NCBI RefSeq assembly: GCF_963974195.1
Contig: NZ_CAXBDC010000010.1
Location: forward strand, 3,097 to 67,096
From: an uncultured Nisaea sp.
Lineage (GTDB): Bacteria > Pseudomonadota > Alphaproteobacteria > Thalassobaculales > Thalassobaculaceae
Reading direction: 5' to 3'
Length of the DNA stretch: 64,000 nt
Each line of letters starts with the position of its first letter. The stretch's first letter is position 1. The notes under the pieces are model-generated. The model made no database searches. It was given only the letters and a program-made list of their open reading frames with translations, and was not told the DNA's origin. This document shows, piece after piece, positions 21,317 to 29,846 of the stretch. The position numbers were made by a program, and so were the translations under genes.

Positions 21317-23080
21317 ATGGCGAGTAAAAATGCGCCGATGAGTGCCGATAACGCCATCGACGATCCTCTACGGAAAATCTTCGAGACGTGCCGCGGCGCT
21401 TTTGTAACGGCAGGTGTCTTCAGCTTTGTAGTCAACATGCTGATCCTGACGATGCCGCTTTACATGTTCTCCCTGTTCGACCGCGTGCTCGGCACAGGCA
21501 ATATGGCCACGCTGACCCTGCTCGCGCTGATGGCCTTCGGCGCCCTGTTGGTGCAGGCCCTTGTCGATATTGCCCGCACTCACGTTTTCACACAGGTCAG
21601 TTCCTGGATCGACAAGCAACTCTCGCCACAATTGTTCGAGAAGTCGATTACCGGATCGCTCATCCGGGGACGGCGCGCGGGTGACGCTCTGGACCATCTT
21701 CAAGGCCTCCGGATGTTCCTTGGCAGTCCCAGCCTTTTCATGCTGATGGACATACCGTTTATCCCAATTTTTCTCGCCGTCCTGTTTGCCCTTAATTTTG
21801 CGATCGGTGTGACCGCCACGATGGGTGGCCTAATTCTCGTTGTCCTTGCCATCATCAATAAAGTTGTCACTGAGTCCACGCTTGCAAAGGCGTCCGCGGC
21901 AGCCAACCGTGCCAAAAAAATCAGCCGTTCTGCTATTGATAATGCGGATATCGTCGAAGCCATGGGCATGCGTAAATCGCTCATGAACAACTGGACAACG
22001 TACAATGAAATGGCCCTGGATCTCCAGGGTAACGCCAGCAAGACCGCAGGCGTCATCCAGGCTTTTATCAAGATGATGCGGATGGGCATCATGATGGCGG
22101 TCATGACCGTGGCCGCGATTCAGATCGTCGATCCAGCCAGCGGCCTCTCTCGCGGCGCCATGATGGCTTCCGTCATCCTGGTTTCGCGTGCCTTGATGCC
22201 CATGGAAGCAGTCGTCAGCTCTTGGTCTCAGGTTGCCGACGCGGTCCAAAAGTACGGGTATCTCTCCTCGATCTTGCGCGGCATCGCAGGCAAGCCGGAA
22301 GACAGTGTTTTCCCGCTCGAACCAAAAGGGCATCTCTCGGTAGAGAATATTCACTATGAAGTCAGGGCACTGAGCCGACCGATCCTGTCGCGCGTATCTT
22401 TTGAAATCGAACCTGGACTGTCCGTTGGAATAATTGGCCCATCTGCCGCCGGGAAAACATCGCTCGCACGCTTGATCGCCGGCATTGAACAGCCTACAGC
22501 CGGCGTAGTGCGCATGGATGGTGCTGATGTTTTTCGGTGGCCGAGTGAAGATCGGGGACGGTATGTCGGATATCTGCCGCAGCAAGTTTTGCTTTTCGAA
22601 GGCACCATTCGCGACAACATTTCCCGGTTTAATGAGGATATATCCAACGAGCAGGTCATCCAAGCCGCCGAAATGGCCGGCCTGCACCATATGATCCTAA
22701 ACATGAAACAGGGCTATGATACCGAAGTTGGCGATGGTGGCAGTCTGCTCTCTGGCGGTCAGCGGCAGAGGGTTGGGCTGGCTCGAGCGCTGTTGGGAGA
22801 TCCGAAACTGGTTATCCTGGACGAGCCGAACGCCAACCTGGACACCGAAGGCGATCAAGCCCTAAAGGACGCCATTGAAAATCTGAAGGCGCGCGGGACA
22901 ACAGTTGTCGTCATCCTGCATCGCCCCAATATTCTTCAGATTGTAGACAAGATTTTGGTGCTTCGTGACGGCGTCGTACAGAAGTTCTCTGATCGCGATG
23001 AAGTCATGCCCCTGATTGGTGGGGCGCGGCCAACACCGAAAGTCGAACATAGCGGCGCCAGAGCGGTCGCCGACACCTAA
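21317..23080 (+). CDS. Type I secretion system permease/ATPase (PrtD/AprD-type ABC exporter, no C39 domain)
   Basis: 587 aa with an N-terminal 6-TM domain, Walker A 'GPSAAGKTS', signature 'LSGGQRQRVGLARAL' and Walker B 'LVILDEPNANLD'. Confidence 0.92.
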   Translation: MASKNAPMSADNAIDDPLRKIFETCRGAFVTAGVFSFVVNMLILTMPLYMFSLFDRVLGTGNMATLTLLALMAFGALLVQALVDIARTHVFTQVSSWIDKQLSPQLFEKSITGSLIRGRRAGDALDHLQGLRMFLGSPSLFMLMDIPFIPIFLAVLFALNFAIGVTATMGGLILVVLAIINKVVTESTLAKASAAANRAKKISRSAIDNADIVEAMGMRKSLMNNWTTYNEMALDLQGNASKTAGVIQAFIKMMRMGIMMAVMTVAAIQIVDPASGLSRGAMMASVILVSRALMPMEAVVSSWSQVADAVQKYGYLSSILRGIAGKPEDSVFPLEPKGHLSVENIHYEVRALSRPILSRVSFEIEPGLSVGIIGPSAAGKTSLARLIAGIEQPTAGVVRMDGADVFRWPSEDRGRYVGYLPQQVLLFEGTIRDNISRFNEDISNEQVIQAAEMAGLHHMILNMKQGYDTEVGDGGSLLSGGQRQRVGLARALLGDPKLVILDEPNANLDTEGDQALKDAIENLKARGTTVVVILHRPNILQIVDKILVLRDGVVQKFSDRDEVMPLIGGARPTPKVEHSGARAVADT

Positions 23081-23095
23081 CCACGAGGACGCTCC

Positions 23096-24484
23096 ATGGC
23101 GGATGCCACGCTCCCGGATGTCAGCAAGGAATTGCTGAACAAACGCCTCCCGATACTGCCGCGAGAGGATATCACCACGGCTGGTCCCGGGAATGGACTG
23201 AAACCAACCTGGCGACGATCCTCACTCGCAGGGTGGTCTGTGCTGGTTGGATTCTTTGTTCTTTTTGGGGGCTGGTCCATCGTCGCCCCGCTGGCCAGCG
23301 GTGTTCATGCCCCCGGCGAGTTGCGCGTGGTGAGCGAACGCCAGGTTGTGCAACATCCGGACGGCGGTATCGTTAAGGACCTTCTTGTCCGGGAAGGCGA
23401 CACTGTCGAAAAAGACGAAATTCTCATGCGTCTCGACCCGCTGCAAACCAACAGCGAGTTCGCTCGGCTGGAGAATCAGCTTAATGCCGTCCGCGCAGAA
23501 CGGGCACGATTAGAAGCCGTCCGCGATCGGCAGAGCAGCATCACTTTTCCCGAAGAGTTGCTAAAGAAAGCAAGCGATCCTGAAGTTTCGCACTTGATGG
23601 AGATGGAACGTAAAGTCTTTGAGGCGGAACAACGCTCCATCGACAATATAAGCAAATTGATCGATGAACGTATCGCACAGCTGGAATCTCAGATCACTGG
23701 CTCCAAAACCAGACTTGATTCAACGCTGAACCAGATGAAAATCATCGACGAGGAGCTGGCTGGTGTCCAACAGCTTTATGATAAGGGGTTAGAGCGCAAA
23801 CCCCGTCTCCTGTCGCTACAACGCGCAAAAGAACAATTGCGCGGTACTGCCGGACAACTGGAATCAGCGATAGCTCAAAGCCAGCAATCCATTGGCGAGC
23901 AAAAACTGCGTATGTCTTCTATAGAGACAGAGCACAGGGACAAAACAGCAGCAGCCCTGCGCGCGAATTCAATTCGCCTTCAAGACCTTCAGCAAAACGA
24001 GAGCGTCTGGAAGGATCGCGTTGCACGGATTGAAATCCGGTCCCCGGCCGATGGACAAATCGTCGACTTGCGTAAACACACAGAAGGCGGCGTCGTTGGA
24101 GCCGGTGAAGTCATCATGAGTGTCGTGCCTGCGCACGATGAGCTTATAGGTGTGGTTAAAATCAAACCTAAAGACATTGACGCCCTTATGATCGGCGTTC
24201 CAGTACAACTCATGCTCTCCGCCTTCAACCCACGCACCACGCCGCCCGTCGACGGGATCTTGACCTCGGTTTCGCTCGATGCCATTACCGATCCTAGGGG
24301 ACAGGAGTTTTTCGAAGCGCGGATCCTGATCGATCCAGCGTCTCTGAAAATCAATATTCCCGACGCACAGCTTACGGCAGGCATGCAGGTCTCCGCCCTT
24401 ATCTCTGTTGGAGAACGGACCCTTTTCGAGTACTGGATGACTCCGCTCCTATCCAGCCTCCATCAAGCTATGCGGGAACCGTGA
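23096..24484 (+). CDS. HlyD-family type I secretion membrane fusion protein
   Basis: A single N-terminal TM, 'VQHPDGGIVKDLLVREGDTVEKDEILMRLD', a long coiled coil and a C-terminal 'TLFEYWMTPL'. Confidence 0.9.
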   Translation: MADATLPDVSKELLNKRLPILPREDITTAGPGNGLKPTWRRSSLAGWSVLVGFFVLFGGWSIVAPLASGVHAPGELRVVSERQVVQHPDGGIVKDLLVREGDTVEKDEILMRLDPLQTNSEFARLENQLNAVRAERARLEAVRDRQSSITFPEELLKKASDPEVSHLMEMERKVFEAEQRSIDNISKLIDERIAQLESQITGSKTRLDSTLNQMKIIDEELAGVQQLYDKGLERKPRLLSLQRAKEQLRGTAGQLESAIAQSQQSIGEQKLRMSSIETEHRDKTAAALRANSIRLQDLQQNESVWKDRVARIEIRSPADGQIVDLRKHTEGGVVGAGEVIMSVVPAHDELIGVVKIKPKDIDALMIGVPVQLMLSAFNPRTTPPVDGILTSVSLDAITDPRGQEFFEARILIDPASLKINIPDAQLTAGMQVSALISVGERTLFEYWMTPLLSSLHQAMREP

Positions 24485-24536
24485 CGGATTCGGTCATCAG
24501 AGGCCTTGCGCAACATTTCGCTGAAGACCGTCGATC

Positions 24537-25868
24537 ATGAATAACGCCCAGCTTCCGCCCGGTGTGCTTCGAAACCTGCTCGCTACGGCCGATGCTGCCC
24601 TCGCCAAGAAGCGGTATGATGCCGCTGAACGTTTTTACAGGATGGCTCTCGCGGTAAAGCCCTACTCAATCAGGGCGGAAACGGGGCTTGGGACGTTACA
24701 TCTCAGAGACGGGCATACCGGCAAAGCCCTGACCAATTTCAAAAACGCGCTTTTGTTTCGCCCAGGCTTCGATAAAGCGTTGGCCGGTTTCGCGCATACG
24801 AAATCAATGCAAGAGCATTATCAGGATGCCGAATTCTGGTATCGACGCGCCTTGATTGCAGCGGACTCATCCCGAGATATAAGCATTGCACTCGGCATTA
24901 CCTGCCTCCGTAACGGTAAATGGAAGGAAGGCTTCCAACGATATGATTTGAGGGAGGGACGACAAAACCTACTTGATTCCATTGGCGCGGGTCACGTCTG
25001 GGACGGAACATTTTCTCTCGTAGACAAAGAAATCATTGTTATTGGAGAACAAGGACTCGGAGATCATATAAATTTTGTGAGGTACTGCGGCCTAATTAAA
25101 GATCTAGGAGCTTCCAAAGTAACTTTTTTCACACGGCCAGAACTTGAAAGGCTTTTCAAGCTTATTCCGGAAATTGACGCAGTTATCTCTGATGGCAGGA
25201 AAGCCTACCCCACTGATTATATAGTGATGGCTATGAGTCTGCCCCGAATATTTGGAACCACTCCCAAAAACATCCCGCGAACCGAGGGATATATAAGTCT
25301 GCCGCAACATCATAAAGGCAAGCCGCCACACGACTCATCCAAGCAAGATAATCTTCTGGTCGCCGTTGCATGGCAGGGAAATGCCAACAATTCACGTGAC
25401 ACAGTCCGTTCATGCCCGTTTGAGATTTTCTCCGCATTAATTACTTCGATCCCTGAAGTTACCTTTATCGCGTTACCTTGGGATTACCCTGCAGAAGACA
25501 AGGATGCTCCCCTCAACCTGAGACCATTCAGCAATGACATTAAAGATTTTCTTGATACCGCGCTCAATCTCCAGGACGTCGATCTGGTGATTTCAGTCGA
25601 CACAAGTCTTGCTCATCTAGCTGGTGCAATGAACAAGCCTACATGGCTGCTTCTCGGCCAACAGCCGGATTGGCGATGGCTTGCAAAGGGGGCTTCCGGG
25701 CTTTGGTATGATTCAGTGAGACCTTTTAGGAGCAAGGGGAACTGGCAATCTCTTATCAGGCGTGTATCGAAAAAATTATTAACTGAAAAAGATATTCTTT
25801 TGGAGAAAAGGGTGCTCAAAGAAAAAGAACCCAATACAAATGGACGACAGTTCTCACATATGGACTAA
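24537..25868 (+). CDS. TPR-repeat protein with C-terminal GT9-like domain, paralog 3 (compositionally chimeric)
   Basis: 'IIVIGEQGLGDHINFVRY' and 'VDTSLAHLAGAMNKPTWLLLGQQPDWRWL...LWYDSVRPFRS'. Spot G+C falls from 39/60 (line 24541) to 18/60 (line 25741) within the gene. Confidence 0.8.
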   Translation: MNNAQLPPGVLRNLLATADAALAKKRYDAAERFYRMALAVKPYSIRAETGLGTLHLRDGHTGKALTNFKNALLFRPGFDKALAGFAHTKSMQEHYQDAEFWYRRALIAADSSRDISIALGITCLRNGKWKEGFQRYDLREGRQNLLDSIGAGHVWDGTFSLVDKEIIVIGEQGLGDHINFVRYCGLIKDLGASKVTFFTRPELERLFKLIPEIDAVISDGRKAYPTDYIVMAMSLPRIFGTTPKNIPRTEGYISLPQHHKGKPPHDSSKQDNLLVAVAWQGNANNSRDTVRSCPFEIFSALITSIPEVTFIALPWDYPAEDKDAPLNLRPFSNDIKDFLDTALNLQDVDLVISVDTSLAHLAGAMNKPTWLLLGQQPDWRWLAKGASGLWYDSVRPFRSKGNWQSLIRRVSKKLLTEKDILLEKRVLKEKEPNTNGRQFSHMD

Positions 25869-28248
25869 ATTTCCGAAGAAACACCTATTGGCAGCTATGA
25901 ACATGAACGAACTTATTCTCGATCCTGGTAATCCCCAAACTTGGGAGGTCGCAGGACAGCAAAAGCTTCTCCAGTCAGACGGGCTCACCGCTGCACGATA
26001 TTTTACGCGCGCATTGTCATCAACAAACGAACACATTGCTTCAGACATATTTTTAAAACTTGGTCTCTCCCTTGAAATGGCCGGGGACTTCTCTATGGCC
26101 GCTGATAACTATATAAAACATTTCAAAATGTGCCAATCCACAGGTGAGTTCAACAAAAAATCCTTATACAGGGCACTTGGTTGTTTTCATAAATTAAATG
26201 ACTTTAAATCTATTACAAAATATTCAAATAAATTAAACCCGAATGACTGGAATGATTCCCCCGGAATTCATGAAATAATTGGATACTCAAATTTTCATCA
26301 AGAGAACTTTCTTTCGGCAATCATCTGGATACTTTCAGCGCCTCTTCAAAGAGATTTCGATAAAGAATATCAAAATCTATTTAATTTCATCTTAGATAAC
26401 ACACCAAATTCTTATAATAATTTTGACCCAAAATATATTCTTACATGTGCGTCAAAACAAATATTCAATTCTCACAAAAGAGCAAAATCAATACTTCGCT
26501 GGCTTAGCCTGAGAAAAAGCATAGAAACACTTAGATACTCCCTCTCATCACTGGAATTAATTTTAGCGTCTGAAGGGAACTGCATTCCATACATCCTCTC
26601 TTTAGAAGGACAACATGGGACAAAAGGAAGAGTACAGCACCGTGCCCGCCAGTGCCTGATATTAAACCCTGAACACATCCCTGCTTATGCTCACATTCTT
26701 CCGGGAGAAGAGGACCTACCATCAGATTCGCCCGCTGAATTTTGGGTAGAAAGATGGGCAAAGGCAACCCTCATAACATCAACCTCTGATCCGGCAATAA
26801 TAAATAAAGCTGTTATTTCCCTTAAAAGCGCAGAAAATAGTGACATTAAAAACTGTTACCTGATACGAGCAGCAAATTTATTCCCCTCATTTCCAGTGAT
26901 TCAATATAATGTTGGATCATATTTGAATGAATGCGCTCTTGCAGAATCTGCAGAACCAATATTACGCCGAGCACTTATTTATATTCCAGATTATGCAAAA
27001 GCTTGGAGTGCCTACTCTGTATCACACTGTATTATGCTTCAACCACAAGAAGCCATTGATGCCTCTAAAAGGAGCATAAATTCAAATCCTGATCTTGCCT
27101 CAGGATACACAAATTTAGCTATGTCCTATAGAGGCGCTGGAGATATTCCGAATGCAATTGTTGCCTCAAAGGTTGCACTTAAGAAAAACCCTTCGAATGC
27201 AGTAACCCGTATGGGGCTTGCCTTTAATCAATTATCTGATGGTGCAATTGAACAGGGTTTCGAGAATTACCTTTCCCGATGGCAACAAAAAGGGTTTCCA
27301 TCGCGGAAAAGACCCTTCCCTCAAAGAGAGTGGGTTAACAACAAGCTCGCCAAGCATGAGAAATTTCTTGTGTATATGGAACAAGGCATGGGTGATGAGC
27401 TTATGTTTTCCTGGTTTTTATTGCTGTTAGATGAAAAATATCCAAATCAGATAATTCTAGAATGTGACGAGAGACTCGTTAATTTATTTCAGAGATCGTT
27501 TCCGCGAGTTGAGGTATTACCTCGAACAGCTCCTATTCAAAGCAGATTATTCGAACCCGATGTGCGTTGGAAATTGCCGATAGCACATTTACCGCATTTC
27601 TTTACCAGCAAGATTAGAGCATTAATCAAAGAGCGTTGGTCACTTCCGCTTCAACCATATATATCCGGTTATGGTTGGCTTACCTTAAACCCGACCAGAG
27701 TCCAGTTTTGGCGTAAATATCTGGAAAAACTTAGCAACGGTGATAAGCGCTTAGTTGTTGGAGTCGCTTGGCGAAGCGCAAATCTCGCAAGAGCCCGCGC
27801 CCTTCAGTATGTCTCACCAGATGAGCTAGTGAGATCGCTGCCAGATGGCGCTCTCGCCATCAACCTTCAGTATGTATACGATGATTCAGAAATTGAGATA
27901 ATAGAGGCCGGCTGCAAGAAACGCGATATTATATTCCACACCATTCCGGATCTGGATTTACGTGATGATCTGGATGAGATTATGAATCTGTGCGGCGCTC
28001 TTGACGCTCTCGCTTGCCCCCTTACTTCGACAGCCTTTATGGGCGGGTCACTCGGAGTACCCACATTTGTGTTCCGAAGCGCTCCGTCATCTGAAATTTG
28101 GCAACAGCTCGGGACCCCCCATCTCCCCTGGCTGCCATCGATTAGGGTCTTTTTCCGTGACCCTCGTGATGATTGGGGTGATGTTCTTGATATGGTACGG
28201 GACAGATTAACCTTATTGGCCAAGGAACATACAATTGTTGCGAAATAA
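25840..28248 (+). CDS. Large TPR/helical-repeat protein with C-terminal GT9-like domain, paralog 4 (low-GC)
   Basis: 'FLVYMEQGMGDELMFSWF' and 'CPLTSTAFMGGSLGVPTFVF...LPWLPSIRVFFR'. The start is uncertain: ATG 25897 or 25903 would avoid overlapping the preceding gene. Confidence 0.75.
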   Translation: MDDSSHIWTKFPKKHLLAAMNMNELILDPGNPQTWEVAGQQKLLQSDGLTAARYFTRALSSTNEHIASDIFLKLGLSLEMAGDFSMAADNYIKHFKMCQSTGEFNKKSLYRALGCFHKLNDFKSITKYSNKLNPNDWNDSPGIHEIIGYSNFHQENFLSAIIWILSAPLQRDFDKEYQNLFNFILDNTPNSYNNFDPKYILTCASKQIFNSHKRAKSILRWLSLRKSIETLRYSLSSLELILASEGNCIPYILSLEGQHGTKGRVQHRARQCLILNPEHIPAYAHILPGEEDLPSDSPAEFWVERWAKATLITSTSDPAIINKAVISLKSAENSDIKNCYLIRAANLFPSFPVIQYNVGSYLNECALAESAEPILRRALIYIPDYAKAWSAYSVSHCIMLQPQEAIDASKRSINSNPDLASGYTNLAMSYRGAGDIPNAIVASKVALKKNPSNAVTRMGLAFNQLSDGAIEQGFENYLSRWQQKGFPSRKRPFPQREWVNNKLAKHEKFLVYMEQGMGDELMFSWFLLLLDEKYPNQIILECDERLVNLFQRSFPRVEVLPRTAPIQSRLFEPDVRWKLPIAHLPHFFTSKIRALIKERWSLPLQPYISGYGWLTLNPTRVQFWRKYLEKLSNGDKRLVVGVAWRSANLARARALQYVSPDELVRSLPDGALAINLQYVYDDSEIEIIEAGCKKRDIIFHTIPDLDLRDDLDEIMNLCGALDALACPLTSTAFMGGSLGVPTFVFRSAPSSEIWQQLGTPHLPWLPSIRVFFRDPRDDWGDVLDMVRDRLTLLAKEHTIVAK

Positions 28249-29071
28249 GGGATCAACTTCAAAGGTAGGTTTGAAGACCTCCAATCAAGAAAATGATGAT
28301 TGGTCACTCCGCTTCCCAACGAAACTTATCAAGGAGCAGACGTTATTGCTGCCGGTGCGGTTATCCCCTGGCTACGCAGCGAGCACTCCTCCGGTAATAG
28401 CCATCCCTCTTGATCAGCTCAGTGATCCGGGAGTGGCGCGCCTAGTGAATGATGAGTACTTGGGGGATGGATTTGAAGCTTTTGAGCGTGACCATCTGCT
28501 CCGTTATTTAAGGAGTGGAGATTGCCTAATCGATATAGGAGCCCATTTTGGGCTCTATTCCATTTTTGCATCTGCATCAATAAAAGGTCTGCAGTGCGTA
28601 GCTTTGGAGCCACATCCCGTTAATTTCAAAATCTTGGAGACATCTATTAGATATAGCCACCTACATGGCAGCATTAAGGGCTTGCAATGTGCCCTCGGCG
28701 AATACGATGGCGTTGGAAAGTTACGCATTAATTCCAGCATGGGTCATCACTTGGCGAAGGATGACGTTGCTGGATCCGATGTCATGGACACGCCGGTACA
28801 CACATTGGACAATCTGATCGAAAGATTTGATTTAGGGCGCTCTGCCGCTCGTATCTGGCTTAAGATAGATACAGAAGGCCGTGAGAAGCTGGTGTTATCC
28901 GGAGCGCGAAATCTGCTTCGAAGTGGCCATGTTCAGGGAATATTATGGGAATCGAGTGTTGGCCCTCTTGAAAATCCAGAGAATAAGGAAATCCAATTGT
29001 TCCTAAAGGGTTTTGGATATTCTACACAAAAAATCACTCCTTACTCCATGTTCAGCATCCTGGTAGAATGA
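28235..29071 (+). CDS. FkbM-family SAM-dependent methyltransferase
   Basis: 'CLIDIGAHFGLYS' (motif I) and 'IWLKIDTEGREKLVLSGA', the characteristic FkbM block. Confidence 0.8.
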   Translation: MLRNKGSTSKVGLKTSNQENDDWSLRFPTKLIKEQTLLLPVRLSPGYAASTPPVIAIPLDQLSDPGVARLVNDEYLGDGFEAFERDHLLRYLRSGDCLIDIGAHFGLYSIFASASIKGLQCVALEPHPVNFKILETSIRYSHLHGSIKGLQCALGEYDGVGKLRINSSMGHHLAKDDVAGSDVMDTPVHTLDNLIERFDLGRSAARIWLKIDTEGREKLVLSGARNLLRSGHVQGILWESSVGPLENPENKEIQLFLKGFGYSTQKITPYSMFSILVE

Positions 29072-29076
29072 AATCT

Positions 29077-29793
29077 TCAAGAATTATCGAATAACATCTC
29101 TACGCGACTGAGAATTTCTGCGAATTCGATATCTTCAGGATAATCTATATCGATCGAACGCCAGCCTTCCATGACATGAATAGCGCTGTTTTCGTCATGA
29201 ATTTTCCCTGTCTCCAGAAATTTCCTGGCATGGAATACATAGACAGCGCCATTTATTGCCCATGATCGATTATTCAAAGATTGCCATTTTACCCATTCAT
29301 TTCTTTTATCCGCCTTTTTCCCTAAGATCGCTTTTTCTTCAGCGTCGCCAAATGACGGGGATACAGGTACTCGCCATCTGGTGACAGAAACTGCACTGTC
29401 CGCCTGTCCACGACGCACTGGTTCCGCAGTCAGGTCTATATCCGAAGCCGTGCGAAATGGGGATGTTAACTGGATGAGAATGATCGAATCATTCTCAAGA
29501 GACAGAGATTCTATCGCATGCCGTATAGCATCTTCTGACGTCGCGGTATCACTCGCTAACATGTCAGGGCGCTTCAGAATTTCAATGTGCGAATAGCTCT
29601 TCGCAATTTGGATTAAGGCAGCGTCATCAGAGGAGAGAACAATCCGGCCGCAGGATTGGCTTTTCCGTATTGCCGTATAAGCCCGTTCAATAAGGGGTTT
29701 CCCACCGACCGTGCATCGGTTCTTGCCAACAAGCCGTTTTGAACCCGCACGGGCAAGGATCAGCGCGACAAAGGGTTTTGTCTTGTTTGTCAT
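29077..29793 (-). CDS. Acylneuraminate/ulosonate cytidylyltransferase family (CTP_transf_3; NeuA/LegF/KdsB-like)
   Basis: 'ALILARAGSKRLVGKNRCTVGGKPLIERA', 'IQLTSPFR' and 'SIDIDYPEDIEFAE'. Confidence 0.85.
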   Translation of the reverse strand: MTNKTKPFVALILARAGSKRLVGKNRCTVGGKPLIERAYTAIRKSQSCGRIVLSSDDAALIQIAKSYSHIEILKRPDMLASDTATSEDAIRHAIESLSLENDSIILIQLTSPFRTASDIDLTAEPVRRGQADSAVSVTRWRVPVSPSFGDAEEKAILGKKADKRNEWVKWQSLNNRSWAINGAVYVFHARKFLETGKIHDENSAIHVMEGWRSIDIDYPEDIEFAEILSRVEMLFDNS

Positions 29794-29828
29794 AAAAAAA
29801 ACGGGCGAATCATCTCTGATTCGCCCGT
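29794..29828 (-). terminator. Rho-independent terminator of the RTX gene
   Basis: Minus strand reads ACGGGCGAATC-AGAGAT-GATTCGCCCGT followed by T8, beginning 19 nt after the RTX stop. The T-tract runs straight into the ATG of the next gene. Confidence 0.8.
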
Positions 29829-29846
29829 CTTCATTCTTTGGAGACC

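Larger units (their letters stand above)
24900..29800. other. Low-GC segment inside the glycosylation island (probable foreign origin)
   Basis: 60-nt spot counts are 16/60 at 26161, 26/60 at 27001 and 18/60 at 25741. By contrast, line 53401 gives 43/60 and line 24541 gives 39/60. The boundaries are approximate. Confidence 0.6.

Noticed and set aside
24900-29800. Calling the low-GC segments (here and at 54790-57170) mobile elements or integrative islands
   Set aside because: I recognised no integrase, transposase, recombinase, tRNA attachment site or long terminal repeats. Only a 9-bp match flanks the NACHT islet, so they are reported as compositional islets rather than mobile_element features.
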